A stretch of 64,000 nt of DNA, taken from assembly GCA_963804645.1 (NCBI GenBank), contig CAWDRG010000011.1, positions 96,001 through 160,000 of the forward strand. The letters run 5' to 3'. The notes under the pieces were generated by a model. The model saw only the letters and a list, made by a program, of their open reading frames with translations. It did no database searches and was not told the DNA's origin. Below are positions 20,276-29,575 of the stretch, in pieces. This stretch comes from an uncultured Bacillota bacterium. Lineage in GTDB: Bacteria; Sysuimicrobiota; Sysuimicrobiia; Sysuimicrobiales; Segetimicrobiaceae. Within the stretch, counting starts at the first letter, position 1. Each line of letters opens with the position of its first letter. The position numbers and the translations under genes are program-made.

Positions 20276-21802
20276 TCACTTGGCCAGATGCATGTCGAAG
20301 ATGAACATCTGCTCGTCCGGCGTCGGCTTCCACACGAGATCCTTGCGCGCCCCGTAGAGGTCGTACACCTGCCACAGGGCGACCGCCGGCACGTCGGTCT
20401 GAACGATCATCTGCGCCTCGGCGTACAGCTTCGTGCGCGCCTTCGCATCGAGCGTGACCCGCGCGTCGTCCACCGCCGTGTCGAACGCCGGGTTCGAGTA
20501 GCTGGCCCAGATCGACCCGGTGTGGAACAGCGGATACAGCACCCCGTCGGCGTCGAGGCAGGCGCACGACCACTGCCCGAAGCGGATGTCGCCCCAGTCG
20601 TGCTGCGGTCCCTGGATCCGGCGCAGGTAGGTGGCGAAGTCGTAACTCTGGAGCTTGGCGTTGATCCCCGACTCGGACAGCTCGCCCTGGATCGCCTGGA
20701 CGATGCGCTGGTCGTACTGCGGCGACGTCGTGAACGTCAGCGTGACACCCGAGGGGTAACCCGCCTCGGCGAGCAGCGCCTTCGCTTTGGCGGGATCGTA
20801 CGCGAATCCGGGAAGGTTCGGATCGTAGCCGAGGTGCTGCGGGGTCAGCAGGCCGTTCAGCTTCCGCGCCTGGCCGGCCAGCAGGGCCGTGATCAACTCG
20901 CGATCGTTGAGCGCATACGCGATCGCCTGCCGGACCTCCCGCTTCTGCGTCGGGCCGCCGCCGAGCGCGTTGAACGCGAGGTAGGCGACCCGCTCGGTCG
21001 GGCCGCTCAGCACCGCGAGCGCCGCGTTGCTTTTGATCTGCGCCACGCTGTCCGGGGTCAGTCCGACGATGAGGTCGGAGGTCCCCGCCTCGAGATCTGC
21101 GATCCGGGTCGCGGGCTCAGGGACCGAGTGGAACCGGACCGTGTCGAAGAACGGCTTGCCCCGCCAGTACGACGGATTCGCACGCAGCGTGATGAGGTCG
21201 CCCTTGGCCCAACTCACGAAGACGTACGGCCCGCTACCGAGGGGCTGGAGGTTGAACGCCGCGTTTCCCTTCTCCTTCACATAGGTCGCCGGCACGATGC
21301 TCAGGTTGACGAGCTGCGCGAGCAGCGCCGGGTAGGGTTTCGCGGTGATGATCTGGACAGTCAGCGGCGCGGTCGCCCGGACCTCCTGGATCGCGCTGTA
21401 GTTCCCGTACTGCGGACTCTTGAAGTTCTGGTCGAGGATGCGGTCGAGGCTCGCCTTCACGTCCGCCGACGTCAGCGGGTCGCCGTTCTGGAACTTGATC
21501 CCCGGCTGCACCGTGAACTCCCACGTCGTCGGCGTGATCGCTCTCCAGCTCTTCGCCACGCGCCCCGTAATCTGGCCGGTGGCCGGGTCGCGGGACAGCA
21601 GCGTGTCGAAGATGTTCCGGTACACATCGTAGCTGTTCGGGTCATACTGCAGTCCCGGATCGAGCGTCGCGGCGTCGTTCCCCTGGTCGATCGTGATCTG
21701 ACCGGGGACCGCACCCACCGCGGATCCGCCCGAGACGACGAGCCCGCCGAGCAGCGCGGCGAGCGCGACTGCCGAAGCGGCGTGCGCTGTGAGCGAACGC
21801 AT
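20276..21802 (-). CDS. Peptide/nickel ABC substrate-binding protein (family 5)
   Basis: Signal peptide, TLDP, KFQNGDPLTSADV, GSGPY, VRQAIAYA. Confidence 0.92.
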   Translation of the reverse strand: MRSLTAHAASAVALAALLGGLVVSGGSAVGAVPGQITIDQGNDAATLDPGLQYDPNSYDVYRNIFDTLLSRDPATGQITGRVAKSWRAITPTTWEFTVQPGIKFQNGDPLTSADVKASLDRILDQNFKSPQYGNYSAIQEVRATAPLTVQIITAKPYPALLAQLVNLSIVPATYVKEKGNAAFNLQPLGSGPYVFVSWAKGDLITLRANPSYWRGKPFFDTVRFHSVPEPATRIADLEAGTSDLIVGLTPDSVAQIKSNAALAVLSGPTERVAYLAFNALGGGPTQKREVRQAIAYALNDRELITALLAGQARKLNGLLTPQHLGYDPNLPGFAYDPAKAKALLAEAGYPSGVTLTFTTSPQYDQRIVQAIQGELSESGINAKLQSYDFATYLRRIQGPQHDWGDIRFGQWSCACLDADGVLYPLFHTGSIWASYSNPAFDTAVDDARVTLDAKARTKLYAEAQMIVQTDVPAVALWQVYDLYGARKDLVWKPTPDEQMFIFDMHLAK

Positions 21803-21951
21803 TCATTCCCTCCAGGGTCTGGCATGGTCGCCTGCGAGACGCGTGACGCGGCCTCAACAGCCGCCGCGACCGGTGGCGGAGTATTTGTCGCCACCGTCGC
21901 GAAACTCCTGTCCGCCAGCGCGAGCGCACCAGGGACGCCGGCACGGCGCCA

Positions 21952-22908
21952 TCACCTCGAGGACGAGCGGCGGGCGCGGTCGATCTGCTCATGATCCGGA
22001 GGATCGGCACCGGCACGGGTGCACGTGAGGGTCGCCGCGGTGATCGCAAACTCCAGGGCATCTCGGATCGCCTGCGCCGGCGCCCCGACGAGCGCTGATC
22101 GAGATGTGCATCCCAGTTCCGACAGCCGCAGGAGCAGTCCCGACGCGAACGCATCCCCGGCGCCGACCGTGTCCACCACGGTGACGGGCGGCGCCGGCAG
22201 GTGAAACTCCGCGGCGGCGGTTCGCGCGTAGCACCCGCCCCCGCCGAGAGTCACCACCGTCAGCGCGGGACCCTCGGCCACGAACCGGGCGGCGGCCTGC
22301 TGCACCGATCCGCCGGGCTTCCACCACGCCAGATCGTCCGCGCTCAATTTCAGGACGTCGGTGATCGCCAGCGCCCGCGCCAGCACGGCACGGTAGGACT
22401 CGGGCTCCCGCACCAACGTGGGACGGATGTTGGGATCGAAGGAAAGCAGACAGCGGCCGCGCAGGCGGTCCGCTAGCGACATCACCGTCTCGGAGGTCGG
22501 CGGGGTCAGCAGACTGATCGACCCGAAGTGCAGGACCTCCGCGTCGTTGATCGCCGACGGCAGCTCGTCAAGCTCAAGCAGCGTATGCGCCGGATCGGTG
22601 CCGTAGAACGCGTACGTCGGCGGGGTACGTTCGGGCATGACGAACGCGAGCGCGCTCGGGGCCGCGGAACGGACGAGAAAGCGCGTCCCCACCCCCTCCC
22701 GCTCGAGCGCGCGGGCGAGAAACCGCCCGAAATAGTCGGTCGAGATCTTCCCGGCGAACTCCGTGCGTGCGCCGCAGCGAGACAGCCCGATCGCGACGTT
22801 GCAGGGAGATCCTCCCAGGTGCATGCGAAAGCCGGCAGGGCCCCCCGGCCCGTCGCACGGCGTGAAGTCGACCAAGATCTCCCCGATGGTCGTGAACAGT
22901 GTGCTCAT
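21952..22908 (-). CDS. PfkB-family carbohydrate kinase (fructokinase-like)
   Basis: IGEILVD, GGSPCNVA, DPNIR, DTVGAGDAF. Confidence 0.92.
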   Translation of the reverse strand: MSTLFTTIGEILVDFTPCDGPGGPAGFRMHLGGSPCNVAIGLSRCGARTEFAGKISTDYFGRFLARALEREGVGTRFLVRSAAPSALAFVMPERTPPTYAFYGTDPAHTLLELDELPSAINDAEVLHFGSISLLTPPTSETVMSLADRLRGRCLLSFDPNIRPTLVREPESYRAVLARALAITDVLKLSADDLAWWKPGGSVQQAAARFVAEGPALTVVTLGGGGCYARTAAAEFHLPAPPVTVVDTVGAGDAFASGLLLRLSELGCTSRSALVGAPAQAIRDALEFAITAATLTCTRAGADPPDHEQIDRARRSSSR

Positions 22909-23065
22909 CCCGCGAAGCGCCGCCGGCGGTACAGTATCGTGCCCCGCACGCCGGTTCGGCCCGCTGCATCGTTCACCCGCGGAGCTCGATCGTCCCGGCG
23001 GCGCGGCCGGGCATCCAATCGGTCACGCACGCGTCGGATCCGCGAGGCAACCGGGGATTCGTCTT

Positions 23066-24541
23066 CTACGGCATGCCTTTCGACGTCGCAGTGGGTGGCG
23101 CGGCGCCTCCTGTCTTGCCGGTCGGGCCAACTGACGGTTGAACGACTGGAGTCGCGGGGCCTGTCTTACCCGACCCGCCTCGAGCGGTCGAGGATCCCGA
23201 AGAGCCGCCGCTCAACCACCAGCCCGTATAATTGCTTCCGTTCCCCGGCTGAGCGTTGGCGTCCCCACCTTTGTCGCCGATCGGTGTGCCTTGCACGGTG
23301 CAGACAGGAGCGATTGGTGTCGCCCCGTCCTGGCCGCGATCGCCCCCGGTGGCTGTCGCGTTGCCCCCATTCTTCCCGCCACCCGGACCGCCAACACCTC
23401 CCAACGCCTTCGCGGCGCCGCCAGTGCCGCCCACGCCGGCCACGACATTCGCGGGTGTATTGGGATCACACTGGGCGTTTGTGAATATCACGGTTCCACC
23501 GGTGCCTCCCACGCCACCTTTCGCGGTCCCGTTGCCTCCAACCCACGAGCCCGACAACCCACCTGATGGACCCGGCCCGCCCGCCGCGTCCGCGCCGCCC
23601 GCCGCATCCGTTGGCGCGGCGACTGCGCTGCCATTCCCGCCTCGCAACTCGCCTGGACCTATCAGCGTGATCGGGGTGCCACTCAGGCCGTTTACGTAGA
23701 CGTCGCCAGCCGCGTTTCCAGGCTCACCCTCGGCATACCCGTCGGCCCCGTTGGCGGCTGTCGCGTCAGCCCTTCCGTTCAGCCCGCTGTCACCACCGGC
23801 GATCGATCCGGTGACGATAACGTTCTCAGCGCAGCACAGCACCACGTCACCGCCCCAGCCCGCTTGTCCGCCAACGGCGGTCGCGCAGCCACCGAACAGT
23901 CCGGTCGCGTCGCTCGTGGCAGTCGCCGATCCGCCATTTCCTCCCTGCTGCCCCTGCACCATACCAGCAATCGTGATTCCACTCGCTGCCGTCAGAGCGA
24001 CCGTCCCGCCGGGCTGCCCGGCACCGCCCTGTGCCCGAACGTACTTGCCTGTCGGTTCAACATCGGATTGACCGTATGCGGCCTGGGCGGCGTAACCGGA
24101 CCCAGCCCCGACCACGCCGTGAACGACGATCGTGCCCCCGGACACAAGCGTAATCCCGGGAGACGGGTCGGTGCCGTTCCACTCGTTCGTCGAGGCGTCC
24201 GGCATTAAGAGGTCCCCGTCGATCTGGATAAGCGCATTGGCGACCAAGGTCAGTTGATCGTTCTGCTTCAACTGGAGCGTCACGCCCGCGTCAAGATAGA
24301 TCATGTCGTATGCGTAGGTCGTATCGGTCGGGTCGGTGGGCAGGAGGTGGTAGGATCCGGATCCGGACGGTGCCGACTGGGGGGGCGGGCACCTCGGCGC
24401 AGTCTTCTGCCCAGGTGAATTCGGTGAGACCGGCGCACAATTCGCCTTCTTCCCCGTAATCACCGAGTAAGCGGCGGCGGCGAGGGCGACAAGAGCCAGA
24501 ACGACCACGAGCTTTACGACCCACGCCAATGTTGTCCCCAT
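23066..24541 (-). CDS. Glycine-rich exported or membrane-anchored hypothetical protein
   Basis: N-terminal hydrophobic helix after MGTT, then repeated GGxGG/GGNGG blocks alternating with short beta-strand-like segments; start uncertain. Confidence 0.6.
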   Translation of the reverse strand: MGTTLAWVVKLVVVLALVALAAAAYSVITGKKANCAPVSPNSPGQKTAPRCPPPQSAPSGSGSYHLLPTDPTDTTYAYDMIYLDAGVTLQLKQNDQLTLVANALIQIDGDLLMPDASTNEWNGTDPSPGITLVSGGTIVVHGVVGAGSGYAAQAAYGQSDVEPTGKYVRAQGGAGQPGGTVALTAASGITIAGMVQGQQGGNGGSATATSDATGLFGGCATAVGGQAGWGGDVVLCCAENVIVTGSIAGGDSGLNGRADATAANGADGYAEGEPGNAAGDVYVNGLSGTPITLIGPGELRGGNGSAVAAPTDAAGGADAAGGPGPSGGLSGSWVGGNGTAKGGVGGTGGTVIFTNAQCDPNTPANVVAGVGGTGGAAKALGGVGGPGGGKNGGNATATGGDRGQDGATPIAPVCTVQGTPIGDKGGDANAQPGNGSNYTGWWLSGGSSGSSTARGGSGKTGPATPVVQPSVGPTGKTGGAAPPTATSKGMP

Positions 24542-24851
24542 CACGAGCGGAACACTCACGCTCACACCAACACCCCCCGGGGGCCACCGTGTCACGGTGC
24601 TTATTGCTCCGTGCGGAGATGCGTGAGACACGTTCAGCGGTGCCGGCGACTCTCCCTTCGTTCCGCACTTCGGTTCGATGACGTCATGTTCGCCCCAAGG
24701 TAGGGGTAAGACGTTGCGCGTACGTGGCCCCGACCTGAGGTGACCCGACACTGCAAGAGCTGGCCGCAAGGCGCCATCACTCGGCCGATATTCGAGAGTG
24801 AGAGCGGCTACGTGCTGTCCCGAACCCAGCACGATCGCCACACGTGGGTCC

Positions 24852-25259
24852 CTAAGAGCGAGATGGCCCTAGGGTTCTTACAAAATCAGCGGGCCGAACG
24901 ATAGGAATGCCGGCGTATTGCTTCAACCGCAGCAAATGTCGGTCTCCCGACACGATGAGATCCGCTCGCCCCAACTCCGCACACTCCAGTACCTGGTTGT
25001 CCGCATCGTCGCGGAGTAGGCGGACCGCCCGATTCGGCCGCACAATTTCTCCAATTCGGCCATTCTGCCGAACGTACGCAAGGATCTCTGCTTCCGGAGT
25101 GTGAAACTTTGCGCGAAGCGTCGTGGCGAGCTCCGCGAGGATGATCGGAGATACGATGAGCACGCACCGCCGCTCCAGAACCGTCTGGTACGCCTCCTCG
25201 GGAAACCCTCCGAAAAGCGCCGAGATGAACACGTTGGTATCGAAGACGGTCCGGAGCAC
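24852..25259 (-). CDS. PIN-domain toxin (VapC-like)
   Basis: VFDTNVFISA, DDADNQVLECA, IVSGDRHLL. Confidence 0.9.
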   Translation of the reverse strand: MLRTVFDTNVFISALFGGFPEEAYQTVLERRCVLIVSPIILAELATTLRAKFHTPEAEILAYVRQNGRIGEIVRPNRAVRLLRDDADNQVLECAELGRADLIVSGDRHLLRLKQYAGIPIVRPADFVRTLGPSRS

Positions 25260-25262
25260 CGA

Positions 25263-25511
25263 TCACCGCCCGTGCAGAATCCGATCCACGTCATCCTCGG
25301 TGCGAATGACAAGGCCTGCTTCCCGGGCAGCTCGATTAGCCGACCGACTAATTCGGGAGAATTCGGCTTTCTCCCGACTAATAAGATACGCTTCCCACAT
25401 AGCTCTGAGCAACTCACTCTTAGTCTTTTGTTCCTTCCTCGCCGTCTGCTCGATCTGTCGTGCAATCCCCGGGGGAACAGAAAAGGCGAGGATCTTGGTC
25501 GATCGTCCCAT
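25263..25511 (-). CDS. Ribbon-helix-helix (CopG-like) antitoxin
   Basis: ILAFSVP...TKSELLR pattern; 82 aa directly upstream of the PIN gene. Confidence 0.8.
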   Translation of the reverse strand: MGRSTKILAFSVPPGIARQIEQTARKEQKTKSELLRAMWEAYLISREKAEFSRISRSANRAAREAGLVIRTEDDVDRILHGR

Positions 25512-25541
25512 AGGACACCGCCTCTAACAATTGATTGAGTC

Positions 25542-25577
25542 ATACTTAGTATAACTTGCTGTTGGAGTGGGCGTCAA
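25542..25577 (-). promoter_or_regulatory. TA operon promoter with overlapping palindromic operator
   Basis: Minus-strand TTGACG-18nt-TATACT; inverted repeat ATACT-T-AGTAT (25542-25552) overlaps the -10. Confidence 0.55.
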
Positions 25578-25844
25578 ACAAAGACAGACGGGAGACCGCA
25601 CTCGACGTTGACCTAGGGAGTTCACTCTGTGGCCAACCTCGGGAACTCCTGAAACGGATCAGTACTTGGTAGCTGGTTTGCGAGGCCCCGGAGGCCGGGT
25701 GGACACATCGTCGCAAACCTTACCGGCCACGTTCGCGAAAACATCATCGCCCCACGCGGAACGCCCGGCAGATGTCGGCAAAGCAGGCATTGCAGGACAA
25801 TCGTCACGATACGACCTGACGGCTCTCAAAACCCAAGCATTATG

Positions 25845-25884
25845 TGGCGCGCCCGGAGGGATTCGAACCCCCGACTCGCTGCTT
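25845..25884 (-). repeat. att site: displaced 3' half of tRNA-Arg
   Basis: 36/40 identical direct repeat of 35915-35954, ends in CCA, stops at the anticodon loop. Confidence 0.85.
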
Positions 25885-26205
25885 ACAAAGGTAGGTCCTC
25901 GGCGACGGCGGCCGCCGACCAGCCACGACCCGGGCAGATTCTGCGAGGGTTCTTGCGAGCTGCAACCGACTCCACCAGACCCCCGGCACCTCCCGGTGGG
26001 AACCGCGCATTTGCGAGGCATTTGCAGACCTGGAGACCTCGCTGTAGCGCCACTCACCCAGACGCGGGCACCTGAGATGACGTGAACCCGCACGGTGAGC
26101 GGGTCCAGATGACCGACTCCACGGCCGAGCCAGGCAGGAGGCAGCGCCCGATCAACTCAACGAATCTGCTCACAAGCTTGCCGGTTTTGCCTCTCGCTGC
26201 GGTGT

Positions 26206-26630
26206 CTATTCTCCGAACGCGGCGAACCAAGCCCGCGCTTCTTGCATGAGCGTCCGCGATCGCAGGATTCGGACGCCCTCCCCCGGCCGGTAGTGACGGA
26301 TGTTGTGGGTGATGAGAAGGCCCGCTCCGCCGCCGATCGCCGCCGCCAGGATGGGGATGTCCTTCACATCAGCGAGACCGCGCGCGCGTTCGATGTCATG
26401 CGCGGTCGGACGATAGATTCGGACGGCGACAGTACGCGGAAACTCGTCGAAAAATGGTACGCGCCGAGCAATTTGAGAGACAGGGTTCGTCGAACCTCCC
26501 CGACGGCGGCTTCCGGCAATATGCGATTGAGGAGGCCGATCTCGCCGAGGACCAGAATCGCGTGGCTCGCCCGCGGCGCGAGAAGAGGTCCGCGATCAGG
26601 ACGTCGGCATCAAGACAGACCGAAACAGGC
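26206..26630 (-). pseudogene. PIN-domain toxin pseudogene with two frameshifts
   Basis: VCLDADVLIA / ASHAILVLGEIG...EVRR / KDIPILAAA...LITHNIRHY segments are separated by frameshifts near 26570 and 26455. Confidence 0.75.
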
Positions 26631-26870
26631 TCAGTCTTCGCGGTCAGGACCACCCAACTCTTTCAGCGAGAGCTCTCGCCCCCGGCGCAGCCGCTCCATC
26701 TCGGCGGCCAAGCGCGGCACGAGAAGCAATCGCTGGCTGAGGAGCACCGCCCCATCGAGATCGACGACAGTCAACGGATCTCCCTCGTCGAGGCGATACT
26801 TCTTGCGAAGAGCGGCCGGAAGCGTTAGGGTCCCGCGGCCACGGATTTGTATGGTTGTAGTCCGGATCAT
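26631..26870 (-). CDS. AbrB/MazE/SpoVT family DNA-binding antitoxin
   Basis: IRGRGTLTLPAALRKKYRLDEGD motif. Confidence 0.85.
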   Translation of the reverse strand: MIRTTTIQIRGRGTLTLPAALRKKYRLDEGDPLTVVDLDGAVLLSQRLLLVPRLAAEMERLRRGRELSLKELGGPDRED

Positions 26871-26951
26871 CCTGAAAGTCAGTATAGTAGAATTTCCGAG
26901 ATCTTGCCAACCAACAAAAGCGGGCTTGCCGCGGGTCGCGCGTTAGGCCGC

Positions 26952-26980
26952 TTGTCAACGAAAGTGCCTCCTGGTAACAT
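26952..26980 (+). promoter_or_regulatory. Sigma70 promoter of the T-box/aspS unit
   Basis: TTGTCA-17nt-TAACAT with a TG extended -10. Confidence 0.7.
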
Positions 26981-26986
26981 CATCGC

Positions 26987-27240
26987 AAAGTGATGACGGA
27001 GACGAGTCGCGTGAACGTGCCGGAGTCAAGAGAGCTGCCGACGGTGTGAGGGCAGTCTCCGGGGCGCGAAGACACTCCATCAGCTGCGGGGAAGAACGGC
27101 GCCACTGCTCAGTAGGCCCCGACGGTACTCCGCCGTTAGCAGAGTCGAGGTCGCTGCGAGCAATGTGACGGAGCGACGAAGTTCGGTGGCACCACGATGA
27201 CCCCCCGTCCGAATGCGCGGGGGACTTTCGTTGTCGGGGT
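26987..27240 (+). ncRNA. T-box riboswitch with Asp (GAC) specifier
   Basis: Stem I with AGAGA and GGTGTGA motifs, specifier GAA-GAC-A (GAC 27071-73), AGTA, F-box CCGTTA, T-box GGTGGCACCACG (27185-96), C6/G5 hairpin followed by a T-rich tract. Confidence 0.85.
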
Positions 27241-27246
27241 GCCACC

Positions 27247-28549
27247 GTGAACGCGTGTTTGGACAACGCAAATCGATCAACACATCGGCCGTCGCATTCG
27301 CCTCGCCGGCTGGCTTCACCAATGGCGACGGCTTGCCCACGTCGGGTTTCTGATCCTTCGGGATGGCAAGGGTCTAGCCCAGATAGTGGTCGAGGACGCC
27401 GAGCTTTCGGACCGGCTTGATAGGTGCCACCGCGAGTCGGTGCTTCGGATCGAGGGTGTCGCACGGGGAAACCCCCAGGCACCCGGCGGCATCGAGGTCA
27501 GCGAGCCGTCTGTGGAGATCATGGCAGCGACCGCGAGCGCGCCTCCACTCGACCTCAGTCGACCGACCGTCAAGGCCGCGTTGCCTTCCATCCTTGACCA
27601 TGCCGCCGTTGCCCTGCGGCATCCCCGACTTCGCGCCCCGTTCGACATCGCGGCCGCGTCGATGGCAGGGTTCCGGGCGGTTCTGCGTGCCGCAGATTTT
27701 GTTGAGATACAGACCCCGAAGATCGTCGGATCGGCTACCGAGAGCGGTGCGAGCGTGTTCGCGGTCGAGTACTTCGGCGGTCGGGCGTTCCTAGCGCAGA
27801 GTCCGCAACTGTACAAGCAGGTCATGGTTGGTGTGTTCGAGCGTGTCTTCGAGATCGGTCCGGTCTTCCGCGCGGAGGCTCACGACACCCCGCGCCATCT
27901 CAATGAGTATGTCTCGATGGACATGGAGATGGGCTTCATAGACGATCACACCACGGTCATGAGCATGCTCACGCGGGTCATCGCTGGGATGGTCCGTGCC
28001 ATCCGCGAGCAGGCGCCTGACTCGTTGGCCCGACTCGATGTCACTCTCCCGGATGTCCCACAGACGATCCCGACGCTGCACTTCACCGAGGCCCTCGCGT
28101 TAGTCGAGCGGGATAGTGGAGCGCCTCCGGAAAGCGACGTCGACCTCACGCCGCAACACGAGCGCTGGCTCGGGCGATGGGCGCGGGAGACGCACGCGTC
28201 TGACTATCTCTTCGTTGTGGGCTACCCAATGGCCAAGCGTCCCTTCTACACGCATCCCGACCACTCCCGCCCAGGGTACGCCAACGGCTTCGACCTCCTG
28301 TTCCGAGGGACTGAGCTCGTGACGGGCGGTCAACGTCTCCACCGCTATGACGACTATATGCTCGCGCTAAGCGAGCGTGGTCTGTCGCCCGAGCCGCTGA
28401 CAGGGTATCTTGAGGCGTTCAAGCACGGGATGCCGCCCCATGGTGGCTTCGCGATCGGGCTCGAGCGATGGGTCGCGGGCGTGGTCGGCGCATCAAACAT
28501 TCGTGAGGTGACGCTGTTTCCACGCGACCAGCGTCGAGTCACGCCCTGA
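27247..28549 (+). CDS. aspS: Archaeal-type non-discriminating aspartyl-tRNA synthetase; start codon anomalous
   Basis: Open frame from 27251: RVWT..AGWLH..FLILRDG OB fold, QAPGG loop, LAQSPQLYKQ, GPVFRAE, PPHGGFAIGLER; no GAD insert. Confidence 0.88.
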
Positions 28550-28570
28550 GAGACGGATAATTATTGCGCG

Positions 28571-28843
28571 TCACTGTATCCGCAACCGCTCTATCGCCCC
28601 TACCCGACGGTGCGCCCGACGAAGGTCTGCGCCCACGAGGCTGCTATACCGCAGGGTAGTGCTCAGACTCTCATGCCCGAGGAGTCGGCGCACCTCGTCA
28701 AGACCGGCACCGCCGCGCAGCCAACTCGTCGCGGCGAAGTGGCGCAGGGCGTGCGGGTGCAAACGTCTATTCAGGGGCAAACCAGCCTTGGCGCTCAGCC
28801 GGTGTAGAACCTGGACAAAGTGCCGATACTTGAGCGGCCGGCC
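28571..28843 (-). pseudogene. C-terminal fragment of a tyrosine recombinase (duplicate of ~31600-31869)
   Basis: HPHALRHF, LLGHE, TTLRY; N-terminal part absent. Confidence 0.85.
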
Positions 28844-29575
28844 AGTAACTGGGGGTTTCCTCCCCGCAGAACGTTCTCGGCAGTAAATGTGCCAGAAAAT
28901 AGCATAGGTGTTCCGCGGAGGAGCACAGCCCTTCGCCTCAGTGGTGACCGTCAGGAGCTACGCGGTTGCCTCCTCGACCTCGACGATCTCACACCTAGTC
29001 ACGGACACACCGCGCCGAGAAGGCTACGGCGCGGGACGCCAACCGGCACCGTCATTGCGGATTTCTTCTGGCCCTTCTTGGCGCGTCCTCGTCGCGTCCG
29101 GAATCGAAACCCCAGCATCCCGGTCATCGCGGTTCCCAGCAGCACGAGACTCGAAGGTTCGGGTGCGGGGACAATCGTGCTGTCGAAAGTCAGGCCGCTC
29201 GTAAAGCTTTGGCCTCCGAAGCTCCCGGTAATTGGCCCATTCTTCGACTGCGCGTAGAACGTGTAATCGAGGTTGTTACCGCCGGCGGCAATAGGACCGA
29301 GGTTACTCACGTTGGTGAACAGAAAGGAGTTGCCGAAACTGAATCCGGTCTTCGTACCGCCATCACAACCCGCCCCCGCCGTATCCGCGCAATCGTCCAC
29401 ACCCGCCGAGGTGAAGTTTCCGTTGGTGAGAACACCAAAATTGAGTGTGGGATCAAAGGTGTCGAAATTATTGATGCCGTTGAAATAACTCACGTTAAGA
29501 GCGGCGGTCTGCGCACTGTTTGGAAGCAGTGTGAAGTCATACAGATACGTATAGATACCGTTGTTGAGAAAGGCC

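Noticed and set aside
15273..21994. Very long overlapping or antisense ORFs (e.g. 16206-18200, 19685-21994) and N-terminal extensions of real genes
   Set aside because: Shadow frames typical of high-GC DNA: Arg/Ala/Pro-rich, without motifs, opposite well-supported genes
25845..25900. Second tRNA gene
   Set aside because: Only the 3' half is present, with no D-arm or acceptor 5' strand; it is an att repeat
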